DNA from: Ylistrum balloti
Taxonomy: Eukaryota
Assembly (NCBI RefSeq): GCF_031769215.1
Contig: NW_026781981.1
Location: forward strand, 124,001-188,000
Length of the DNA stretch: 64,000 nucleotides
Direction: 5' to 3'
Shown: piece after piece, positions 1 through 11,800 of the stretch
Position numbering within the stretch: position 1 is the first letter of the stretch
Layout of the letters: each line of letters begins with the position of its first letter
The notes under the pieces: model-generated
The model's input: the letters and a program-made list of their open reading frames with translations, nothing else
Databases searched by the model: none
What the model was told of the DNA's origin: nothing
Translations under genes and position numbers: made by a program

Positions 1-1290
1 AAGTAAAACCAATAAAAATTATATCACAGTTTTTTTTAAATTTCTCCATGTGCAATTATCAATAAATATTGTACACTTTGTATAATGTAAGAGATATGAT
101 CTCCATATGATTTGATTTATATACGAATAAAACTTGGGGTCTCTGTTGATGTTTATCATGTGCTAGAATGGGAAGCAGTTGTTACACACGACCTCAAAGT
201 AATATAACAAAAATATACTAACTGAATTTTAGTTTATAAATTCTACAACCATGTGCTGCGGTTATAATAACAGTGCTGTTCAGTTATAGATTGATCACCT
301 GATCATAGTTAAAATGTTAATTAGTTCAATATTAAATAACTTAAACCCTTTGATTTAATGTTATGAAAAACTTCACAAAAATACATAAATATGTATGTAA
401 ATATTAACACAGGACTTCAGTACTTGATGTACATATCACATGTATTTATATATATTTAATATGTTATACACACGATTATTGCTATTTCTATGTACATTTT
501 GATATAAACATGTTATATAATTCGTATACATGATTTACATGTTTAAATATACAAAAGATTAATATGTTATTTACATGCACCATCTAATGTTCATCTCTTC
601 AACACGACTTCATACACAGATCTACTATTGAGGTATTCTGAGAACGTACCTACATGTACCCAAGTTAAAAAGTATCACAATAAAATTTACTTCACAACAA
701 TAGAAACTATAAAGAAACAATAAATATAATGTATCACACTTCTTATTAGTAAAAATCAAAAAGTAAATGTTGGACTTCTATATAGAAAGTGGTTTGCAAG
801 GAGATCGCTACTTTGATAGGACAAATAAATAGTATATTCTTTCAAATGTTCATGACTTTTCCAGCTGTTAATAATCTTTCCAAACGACAAATAATGTTCC
901 AATGTACAAATTAAGCAAAAGTAGGTCAGTTATAAGAACAGAGGTACAAAAAACTGTTTAAATTAATAAATAAAAATTCAACTTTTCAGATTCTAAGGTT
1001 AGTAATGACATAAATATATCAAGGATGGGTCTCATGGACATATGTATGTAAAGTGGATTCGAATGAAAGGAACACAAATATGCCTTTCCACTCCATAATG
1101 ATGTTAATATTGAAATGAAATCAGTTCTTCTGATTTAGACTCATGCAAGGTACTGGCTCTAATAGTTGTATTTATAAATAATAATCTACTTATATACTAT
1201 AGATATTCTCACATGTACACATATTAGTAGAAGGTCAATCACATTACAAGTTGAATACAGTAGGCATTTGTTTAGAACAGTATTTTTTTC

Positions 1291-1296
1291 TTTATT
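1291..1296 (-). terminator. Candidate polyadenylation signal AATAAA (first canonical hexamer I found downstream of the AKNA stop)
   Basis: tttatt on the + strand; a variant ATTAAA lies at 1924-1929. Confidence 0.3.
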
Positions 1297-1621
1297 TCAC
1301 AAATAAATATTTTGTTGATAAGTTAACTGAAAGAAGACAATAAAAAGAGACCTTGAGTCTCTTTTACAAATTCTCTTGTCTCTGTGTAGACTTATACTGA
1401 CCACCATAATTAGTATTACAATCTTATGTGTTAATGAAACAGAGAGTCAGACGAAGCCAAGTTACTATCCAATCTGATATGTTGTGCTCAATATTAATTT
1501 TACTTTCAGTATAATGTGTCACTCAAGTTTGTGCTTTGTAATGATTTTCCTGCAACAAGAGCAGCAACATAGAGACCCTGATACAGAATTCAATGGAATT
1601 TTTTCTCTGAAATCTTAATGT

Positions 1622-1752
1622 AATGCAGAGTTATCTGCTCTTGTGGGCAGATATTGATCATTACACCATTAGTTTTTGTCAGAAAATTCGACTCTCACAA
1701 ACAAATGGGGTGACAAGGAAAACCTGCTCACAAGAGCAGATAACTCTGTAAT
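1622..1752. mobile_element. ~130-bp MITE-like element with 29-bp terminal inverted repeats
   Basis: aatgcagagttatctgctcttgtgggcag (1622-1650) vs reverse complement of ctgctcacaagagcagataactctgtaat (1724-1752): 26/29 identical. Confidence 0.7.
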
Positions 1753-2289
1753 AAGAAAAGAGGGATTTGAAACTTAACAGAAATTATCACCAGGTACGAC
1801 AAATTTAGATGTTATGCTTGATACATACTATACAATCATGTATACCTCTCCTATTCATTTTTAAATGAGTATAGTTCCATATGTGCATGTGCACTCAATC
1901 TATTCTCATCTCATCTAATCAAATTTAATTATTCATTGGATATAAAAACTATTATGTAAGTTTAACGGGGCCATATCTTGTCCGATATCATTCACATACA
2001 CAAAACAGGTACATGTATATTAAGATTCCTTACATGTGAAACATTTCTTCTGCTCCACCATGGAGAACACTCTATCTTAAGACACACTTATACCGAAGCC
2101 TCAACTTAATACATTACCAGCAAGTGTGAACGAACCACAACTCTCATTGTCCAAATATTGTCTCTCATTGTTGAACAGGAGCACACTTTATCAACATACA
2201 GCAGTCTTATAAACACACAAGTTGATAAATTTGTCTCTGGATGTCCATCCGCACACTTTAGTACTGGTTTATATGGACAGTTTTGCCAA

Positions 2290-2640
2290 ACATAGCTAGC
2301 TGATGATTTTATCTTTGCCTTGTGATAACCATGGAAGGACAACCAGTCACAGCTAGCTAGACAAGTGCATCTTTTCCCTTGTTAGGTTTATGGAAATACA
2401 GCCAACCATAACTCTCTTGACAAGTGCATCTTTTCCCTTTATAAATCTGTGGAAGCACAGCCAACCACAGCTAGCTAGATATGTACATCTTTCTATTGTC
2501 TATGCAGGACAGTTGTGTCATCCATTGCAAGGTCGATGAGTACATATTTTCCTCGTAAAATCTATGGTGGGACATTCTCACTGCACAGCAGAGCTGAAAG
2601 AGTACACTTTCTACCATGGTAAATCTACTGCTGGTACTAT
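2290..2640. repeat. Old degenerate tandem repeat, ~59-bp period, ~6 units, just 3' of the AKNA stop
   Basis: gacaagtgcatcttttccctt at 2360 and 2419; diverged homologues at ~2301, 2478, 2535 and 2596. Confidence 0.7.
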
Positions 2641-2712
2641 ACTTTATGGTGTGTACTGATCACATCTTCTTCTTTAGTTCTATGAAGATCACTTTCATCA
2701 ACAGTACAACTT

Positions 2713-2850
2713 TCACCACACAGAGGAGCCAAAGTCTTTGTGTTTCTTGGCTCTCTTTAGTTCGCCACGAACTGTACACATCATCTTGGTTGTGAGGTCA
2801 TCAATTTCTTCCGTCAAATTGAGTGACTGGTTCAGAGCGTCCTCATACTC
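2713..2850 (-). CDS. AKNA: AKNA last coding exon: EYEDALNQSLNLTEEIDDLTTKMMCTVRGELKRAKKHKDFGSSVW*
   Basis: ggttgcag acceptor (phase 0), TGA at 2715-2713; resembles the AKNA C-terminal helix. Confidence 0.85.
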   Translation of the reverse strand, partial: EYEDALNQSLNLTEEIDDLTTKMMCTVRGELKRAKKHKDFGSSVW

Positions 2851-5800
2851 CTGCAACCATACGTAATTGGTCATAACATTATTTTGGTAATAAGTATTGA
2901 CTATATAGTAAATGATATCCAACAAGGGACATTTGATGATTAAGGTTTTACAATATTTTCAAACTTTTCATAGAGGAGGTGAACTTCACCCCTAATAAAG
3001 ACAACAAAGTCACCTTCAGACAAACTATAATCCTAAACTTTCAAATGTCAGGTTATTTATCCAGTGAAATATCGTCCAAAAGGTTGAGAAAAAAATTTAG
3101 AAATTGAAATGTCGATAAATCACATTAGATACAAAGAAACATGAAATTTATTACAAAAAGATTTTAAACAATATATAACTAGACATTGTTAATGTTGTTA
3201 ATTAAGGTTCAAATTTTCCATGCTTAACTTAAAATATGAAGTAGAAAGATTTTTAAAACTTTCTTTATATTTCCAAAAAAATTCTACAACAGACCATAAT
3301 TCCTAATGTATCTTATTGTAGAGTATCAATTTTTTTGCAATATCATCCTTTCCCTGAAAAAAGTAGACAAAGCTCACAGCACACTCAGTAATAAATAGTA
3401 TATAGATGTTATTAGTATCACAGTCTCTAATAACTGGTATAGAGATGTTATCAAAGTCATAGTAAACAATAACAAATTGGATTAGGCACAAGCCATCACA
3501 TCTCACAACTTCTACCCAAGAAATGTACAGTGATGTTTATTAACAAGGGCATGCTGCCATGTCACCTCAATTCCAACCAAGGGAGATAAATCCCTCAGTT
3601 TTCACTATACCAATTACTTATTATCCTTGCCTTTTTTTCGAGAATCTGAGTGTAAATATTACAGTTTTTCAAATCATGCAATTTCAATGAGTTTGAATTA
3701 AGATTTTGTTGACCCGTCAATAATGTCTTAGTTTTCATATTTTCACTTTCATTGCTTGACATGGGCATCACAATTTTTAAATCACCCTTTTTCTCCCTTT
3801 CATTTTTAGATTACATGATCCCCACCAAGACAGCATATAAAACTGAGTAAGAAAATGCGACAGAAAATATTTGTAGAATAGTATTAATAATAGGTGTTGC
3901 TCTGGGTGACATACACACATTTAGCTTGCAACAAACTCATTCAAGCAGAAAATAGAGGTCACAGTAATTGAATGTCTCTGGATAGTGCAGTAATAATGCA
4001 GATATATCAACATAGTTTTAATGACTGTAAGGCTAACAGTATCAGAAAAGTGTGGAGCTTATGTACGTTTAAGTTCAAAGTTTTACTAATAAAAATGCAT
4101 ATACAAATCCACAAGATTGATATAATTGAAGCCATATTTATTTTGAAATAGAAAAAAACCCATAAAGCAATGTAAATGATTTAATGTATTTTAGTGCATA
4201 AACAGAGAGGGATGAGGTGCTTGTGGTACAAAGGAAGCATGCAAGTTTATAAAACATACTACATATATATATATATATATATAGACTGTGTGATGTTACA
4301 GAGGTTAGACAGACAACAAACACTAGTCTTTAATATTACAAGTATGTAGACTGTGTGATGTTACAACAGAGGTTAGACAGACACCAGACACAAGTCTATA
4401 CAATTAAAGGTATATAGATTGAGGGATGTTACAGAGGTTAGACAGACAACAGACACAAGTCTATACAATTACAGGTATATAGACTGAGGGATGTGACAGA
4501 GGTTAGACAGACAATAGACACTAGTCTATAGTATTACAGGTATATAGACTGAGGGATGTTACAGAGGTTAGACAGACAATAGACACTAGTCTATATGGTT
4601 ATAGGTATACAGACTGAGGGATGTTACAGAGGTTAGAAAGACAAGAGATCCAAGTCTATGCAAAATACTGCAGGATGTTACAGAGGTTAGACAGACAATA
4701 GACACTAGTCTATAATATTACAGGTATATAGACTGTGTGATGTTACAGAGGTTAGACAGACAATAGACACTAGTCTATATGGTTATAGGTATATAGACTG
4801 AGGGATGTTACAGAGTTAAGACAGACAACAGACACAAGCCTATAGTATTACAGGTATATAGACTGAGGGATGTTACAGAGGTAAGACAGACAATAGACAC
4901 TAGTCCATAGTATTACAGGTATATAGACTGAGGGATGTTACAGAGGTTAGACAGACAACAGACACAAGTCTATAGTATTACAGGTATATAGACTGAGGGA
5001 TGTTACAGAGGTTAGACAGACAACAGACACAAGTCTATAGTATTACAGGTATATAGACTGAGGGATGTTACAGAGGTAAGACAGACAATAGACACTAGTC
5101 TATAGTATTACAGGTATATAGACTGAGGGATGTTACAGAGGAAAGACAGACAATAAACACAAGTCTATACAATTACAGTTATATAGACTGAGGGATGTTA
5201 CAGAGGTTAGACAGACAACAGACCCTAATGAAGGAGATGATCAATACAGGGAAATGTCATTATTTTTGACATGGATATTCTGAAAAAGTAAAGCCTTGAA
5301 TTTTCTGATAAATTACTTTACAAGGTAACGCAAATTTGCCTAAATGTTTTCTCTGGCGATATGGGTAATAGCTGAAAAAGGCTGATAAAATTTCACATGC
5401 ATGTAACTTCACATTAGTAACTACCAGATACTGAGAGCTTAAATATATAATTTCACAACTGTTAATACAGGAACATTGGCCTAAAGATAACTATTTGGGA
5501 ATATCTACATCTGACACTAGGTCGCTTCACTTGATACCGACTGACCCTTATTGTGTGAGTGAAGAGTAACTGCTATCTGTACGGTCTGAACCGAGTGACA
5601 TACCCCTTCATCAGAGTCATTGTTAGGTGGATTAGTCTCAACAGCAGTGCAGACACCATCACCACGGTCACCATGGCTGGGACTACCATGGTCACCATTT
5701 TTTACCTTTCTGTATCGCCGACCAGGTCTTCGCCGCCTCCTACCCGAACTTCTGCTCCTATTCCAAATTAACAATTCACAACATGCAGTCAAATTTTGTA

Positions 5801-8800
5801 CCAAAATTAGCCATCTTGGCGCTGAACTCAATACACTTGATCAAATATAGACTCAGAAATATATATGTATATTATATATATTCTTCAAAAAAGTATTGTG
5901 TAAAGTGATACAAATTAATAAACAAGGACACTTTAATTTAGGAAAATCTTAGAATGCCATGTACTAGTTCATAAAATCAATTAATTTACATGTATCTTAT
6001 TAGGTATTGAGATACTCTCCAAAACAATCTGACTACTAAATGGAGAATTGACAAATACATACAACTTGATTTACATATCCTACAGCAACTTTCTTTTACA
6101 AGGCATAATAATGACAATTTAACAGAAATTACAAGCATGATGTAAAGGGGAGATAACTCTAACACAAAGTATAGCAGGATCATCTTAATTCTCATTCATA
6201 TATTCTTATTGGTAAATCTTATAATTTATCAAATTAAAAAGGAAATTTTCATCAACATGGAACTTATCTCTTGTCCATGAACTTGTCATCCACATCAAAA
6301 CTCATCGCTCAAGTTTCATATGGTTTTAAGATGTAAGGTATATAACTACAAATAAGCTTCTCACAGAAGAAATAAAGAAAAAATGTATTTGTATCATGTG
6401 TCTTCTGCCATTTCCACTGCTACTTACCTTCTATGATAAAACTCATCCTCTGACTCGGCACTCTCACTCTCGCTGCGATACTCTCGAACAAGATAACGTG
6501 ACCTCCTTTTGCCTTCAGGGGAGTAGTGGCGCACCCTGGTGGCTGATTTGGATCTTTGTCTTGGTCTTGTCCTTTAAAGAGAATTAATGAACATTCAATA
6601 AGTAAATGCATGTTATAAAGATAAAGTAAATATAATGCTTTAAAATTTACAAATGTTACAAAAGTTACAAATTTACAATGGTGTAAAAAATAAATCATAT
6701 TATTTTACCTTCCATTTATTAAGACTTAATTACTGATCATAAAATATCAACAGCACACAGACAAGTGAATTACTGATAAAAAAGACAGAAGAGATATGTA
6801 GCGTTTCAGAAGATGGGATAATATATATATAGGATTCATCAGAAAATAAGTACAACATTGCTACTTTCTTTTTTGTATTTATCTGAAGTACCAAGTATAT
6901 ATACAGTATATATAATAGTTATGATAACTTAATAGAACACGGTACCTTCGGACTGGTTCTGGTAGTGTGTATACCACTGTGGGTCTGGCTGTTTGTGGAG
7001 CTGCTTCCTGTTCCGTGTGGGTGTGGTATCCTTCTCCTCCACAGAGTGGACAAACAGCATTATCTACAGTAGTTTCATACACTGGTTCAGTGGCTCCTGG
7101 CACCTGGTCTGTCAGGATATAAGCCACAGGTGCTGGTTGGTAGGTCTGACCTTGACCCTGAACATCCATGTCATCATAAGAGTATGTGCGCTGTTGTTGT
7201 GGTGATGAGGGAGTCCTGTATCGTGCCCTTGGGCTGTATCCAGCAGAGATAGGAGTTGAGTAATTGGCACTTCTGGGTGTGTATTGCTGAGTTGGTGTGG
7301 ACTGTTGAGGCACTGCTGCATATACCTGAGGCTGGACATTGGCTGTGGGGTAGGCCCCATAATAAAGATTGGGTTGTGAACTGTAGCGTGCTGCCCTCTG
7401 TGGTGCCTGCTGTGGAGTGGCTGCCATCTGTGAAGGTTGGTGGTATCGTGGCACATAGTAACTAAACAACTGATCATCAGTGACAGTAGAGGCTGTGGCT
7501 CTTGTTGGTGACTGGTCAGATTCATATCCTGCTTGAGTCTGGGCTGCATTCTCAGAGGTTGTCTTGCGATACTTTTTGCGGATACGATGACGACCTCTAG
7601 GACGTGCCTCTTGTCCTGATTCCAAGGCAGCAGCTGTGGCTGCAGCGGCTGCTGCTGCTGCTTGTCTCCTAGGAGTGGCATAGGAATCAGCTGCAGCATA
7701 ACCAAGAGGAATCTCAGCTCCATCATTAGGGTTATTCAGAGGGTACTTCCACCAATCATCCCAGTCTCTTACGCCTGCTCCTGAGAAAGAATTCGCTCTT
7801 CTTCGTGGACCTCTCATGAAGGCATAAGCATCCTCAGTGGGGTCAAAGTAGTGATAGTCATCCTGTTGCTGTTGTTGCTGTTGTTGAGGAGGTTGTGGTT
7901 GTTGAATTGGTACATGTTGGTGATGTTGATGGTGTTGCTGTTGTAGTGTCTGTTGGCGTTGTTCTTCTGTTGCCTTTTTGAATTCATCTCTAAGCCGGCC
8001 AATCTCATCCTGCAGAATCCTGAATTTCTCACTGGAATAAAGATATTTAAAAAATGACAAGTGCTATATCGAGCAGCAAAAATCTGAACACTGGCAATTT
8101 GAGCTTAAATAAAAATTACTAATTCTGACAACATCAGATTAACACCAACATATTTTATGAAATGAATCTTCTTGTGAACATGTGAAGATACTTTACCTTC
8201 CTTCAGATGCCTTAGTAGTAACTGTTGCTGCTTCTGAGCCCTCCAGAGTGTCATCACTATCTGACCCGACACTTCTATCAGCCATCACTTTAGGTTTTGT
8301 CTGTTCAGTTGGTCTTTCCTGAGTTTTCACATTTCCTCTGTGACCTCCACTCACCTCCCGACCTTTGGCCCCAGGAGTGGGGGGTCTCTCCACCCTTGCG
8401 ACAGGTGGTGTCTGTGGTCGACGATGTTGCTGTGGTTGCCTGGTAACAGTGGCAGGTTTTTGTGCCTCTACTTTTGGCTCTTCAATGGGAATTTGTGGTG
8501 TTTGCTGTCTTGGAGTGTCTTCTCCCGATAAAAAGACATCCTGACTCTCATTAAAACTGACATTGGGGGTTGCCCGTGGTGTAAGGTGTTCCCCAGATAT
8601 GTTTAGGGATGACCTGGAAACATCCCCTCTTGACTTTGCAGGCTTGCCTGGAGTACGAATAATAGGTTGATGTGGTTCTACCCGTGACTTCTGACTTTGT
8701 TTTGTTTGCTGTTGTCTAGGAGTGGCTGGAGGACGACCTACAACAGGACATGTAAACTTCTCATTAACGATTTCAAATCCTATGACATGTTAAAAATGTA

Positions 8801-11800
8801 CATATATCTATAAGATTCTATCTGCCTTCTTTATTGTAAAATGTGCTGATGAATCACTAATTCTTAACTCACTAACTGTTTAAATATTTTGTTAAGAGAT
8901 TATCTGACAATTCTTTATCTCTGAAATGGACATAAGAGAAACTTATGAAACAAGAGATTCTATATTCTAGACCAGAATACACCTAGTATTGTATCATAAA
9001 GATTATATCAACAGTCTTTTGCCTTTAAAGCAAAATATTCATATAGCAGAAATGTTCTTTACATTTGTAGTCAAATTTTTCCAAGAAACCTGAATTAACT
9101 CAAATCTAAAAGTACAAACCATTTATCACAAACCAGACAATACATTATTTTCTATACAATCCATATATATAATTTTATATATAACGAAGCTGTCAAGGCT
9201 TGATCATGTCATGTTTGGTTGTACTTTCTTGATTAAGGGTTTCTTCCCAGGCTAAATCTGTAACCATCTTGTATTTATGTATAATCATACTCTACACAAA
9301 AATTCAATATATTGTCCAATAAAACAAATTGTTTTTGTACAGCGACAAATTCAGCTTTCTACAGAGAACAAAATTGTGCTAAATTTTTAATATTATCATG
9401 TCTGACTTTAGAAAACAGGTTCCACAGCATTTTAAAAAAATGTAGTGACAAGGAACTTTTAAACTTCAAATGAAATAAATAGTGCTGCATCAACGATTAT
9501 GTTAAATAGCTATGCTTTAGTATTATCATTTCATGAAGAAATATTTTTCATTTGAAATAACTGAAAACTCTACAGAAACAGAAGTTTGAAAATCTGGCAC
9601 TATGCATACTAAAGATAGTACCTATATACACAAAGCTGAACAAAAATAAAACTTTTCATGAAAATTTCTTATAATAATGAAAAAAGGTCAATCTGCTCAT
9701 CTAGAATCAACAAAAAGAAATGTTCAACCTCAGCAATACAGTTAACGTACAATGTAATAATGTCGCAAGATATGACAAGTAAAGATATACATGTATTACA
9801 TATATACAGGGGTTGGGGGGAGGGGTAAAGTTTTCAGCAGTACAGCTATCATACATTGTAATAATGTCGTAAAATATGAAAATATGACAAGTAAAGATAT
9901 ATACATACATATATTACATATATACAGGGGTTGGGGGGAGGGGTTAAGTTTTCAGCAGTACAGTATAACGTATGACTTAGGGGGTATAGATATGTTTGTT
10001 ACACTGTAATGTGACTGAGAGGTATACAGACATTTTTATATACTGTAATGTGATTGAGGGGTATACAGACATTTTTGATATACTGTAATGTGACTGAGGG
10101 GTATACAGTCATTTTTGATATACTGTAATGTGACTGAGGGGTATACAGTCATTTTTGATATACTGTAATGTGACTGAGGGGTATACAGACATTTTTGATA
10201 TACTGTAATGTGACTGAGGGGTATACAGACATTTTTGATATACTGTAATGTGACTGAGGGGTATACAGTCATTTTTGATATACTGTAATGTGACTGAGGG
10301 GTATACAGACATTTTTGATAACAGCTGACTGATGGACTGAAGAACAGTCATACTGACTGACTTACAGAAAAGGTGCCTATCGTTCAGTGATAACAATAAA
10401 TTTTCATTGCTGAAATTTTTGCAATAAGATTAGACTTAATCTTATTTTTTGGCTGTTTGTCTTTTTTTATCATAATTTTATATAGATTTTGTTTTGTTTT
10501 TGTTTGTTTTTTGTCTTTTTATTTCCAAATGACAATATTTGTAATCCACTGAAGATCCAAAATTGCGGTATTTAATGTATTTTTGTCTTCCATTCTCAGG
10601 TAACTTAGATATTTACTTTTTAGAACTTGTAAGAAGTAAACTGCTTTCTACTGATGTTTTTGTGGCAGGGACAAAAAACATCAAAAGGAGAAGTTACTAA
10701 TACAGATCAGAATTTTGACAGAAAATGATACTTAAGTATGACAACTCATTATAAATGCTGGCAACTATGTAAATTATAAACAAAACTGAGGAGGTTCAAA
10801 ATCCAAAACTGTAAACAAAGCAACACAGGGGCAGTTATGATGAAGCCTATCAACACAATACTATACACACAACATATATATATGATGGGTATATATCTAA
10901 CCCCTCATGTCAGCTAGCCAACGTAAATTAACCGTGGCGTTCTCCTCCGATCTTAGTGTTTCTCCACCTGTGAAGAAATATTAAGCAGACATATGGATGG
11001 CTTCTTCTATCAATTATATTTCTTAAAGGAAAAAAAGACAAACAAGTGATGCTCTGTCATTCCAAGATGGATTCCAAAAAAATTGGCATTAACAGGTAAC
11101 AGAGAATATGTTGAGAGAGTGGAACAAGAAAAAGGGCAATAACTCTAGTTTATATCAGAGTAGGAAACCTCTATGACCAGTAACTAATTTTTATAATGGT
11201 ATAGATGTACCTAATGCAACTTAATAAATTGACAGACATACTGAGTTCAGTGACAAACTTTACAATGATAAAGATATCCCTTATACATTGACAGACATAC
11301 TGAGCCCAGTGACAAACTTTACAATGATAAAGATCTCCCTTATACATTGACAGACATACTGAGCCCAGTGACAAACTTTACAATGATAAAGATTTCCCTA
11401 TACAAGTTGATACATTGACAGACATACCGAGTATAAAGCTAAGTCAGCCGACTGTGTAGGCATCACTTGACGACTTCACAACCATGATAATCATTAATAT
11501 GGAGGATGTCTTGTTATGTTTTACTACCAGTAGCAAATGTATTAAAACTGATCTGAGTTGCCCACCTGTAACTGTATTACTAAACTTACTATAACTTATC
11601 ACAGCTAACCAGCTATGTCACCAAATAAACAATTTTCTCTCACCTCAACTTAGTAAAGAGACTCTAACCAAGTATATCATATAGTGAAGACGAGCGCTGC
11701 CATACAGCTTTATGATCTATAGTTACATACACTATCATTGTACAAGTATAACCTGACAAACTCTCACCTTCCTCTTCCTCCTGTATAGAGGCTTCTACCA

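Noticed and set aside
2106-2342. 78-aa Cys-containing ORF after the AKNA stop (readthrough or second cistron)
   Set aside because: It starts within a degenerate 59-bp UTR repeat, is not continuous with the AKNA frame, and has no homology cue
7586-7605. RPRGRH as the AKNA AT-hook
   Set aside because: It lacks the invariant Pro of RGRP; more likely a basic or NLS-like patch
7112-7726. 204-aa ORF overlapping the AKNA exon in another frame (also 33035..33433)
   Set aside because: Shadow frames of GC-richer coding sequence, with no recognisable motifs or splice support
8349-8354. Strong internal donor GAG|gtgagt in the 541-nt exon
   Set aside because: It is phase 0 while the next exon needs phase 2, so its use would frameshift
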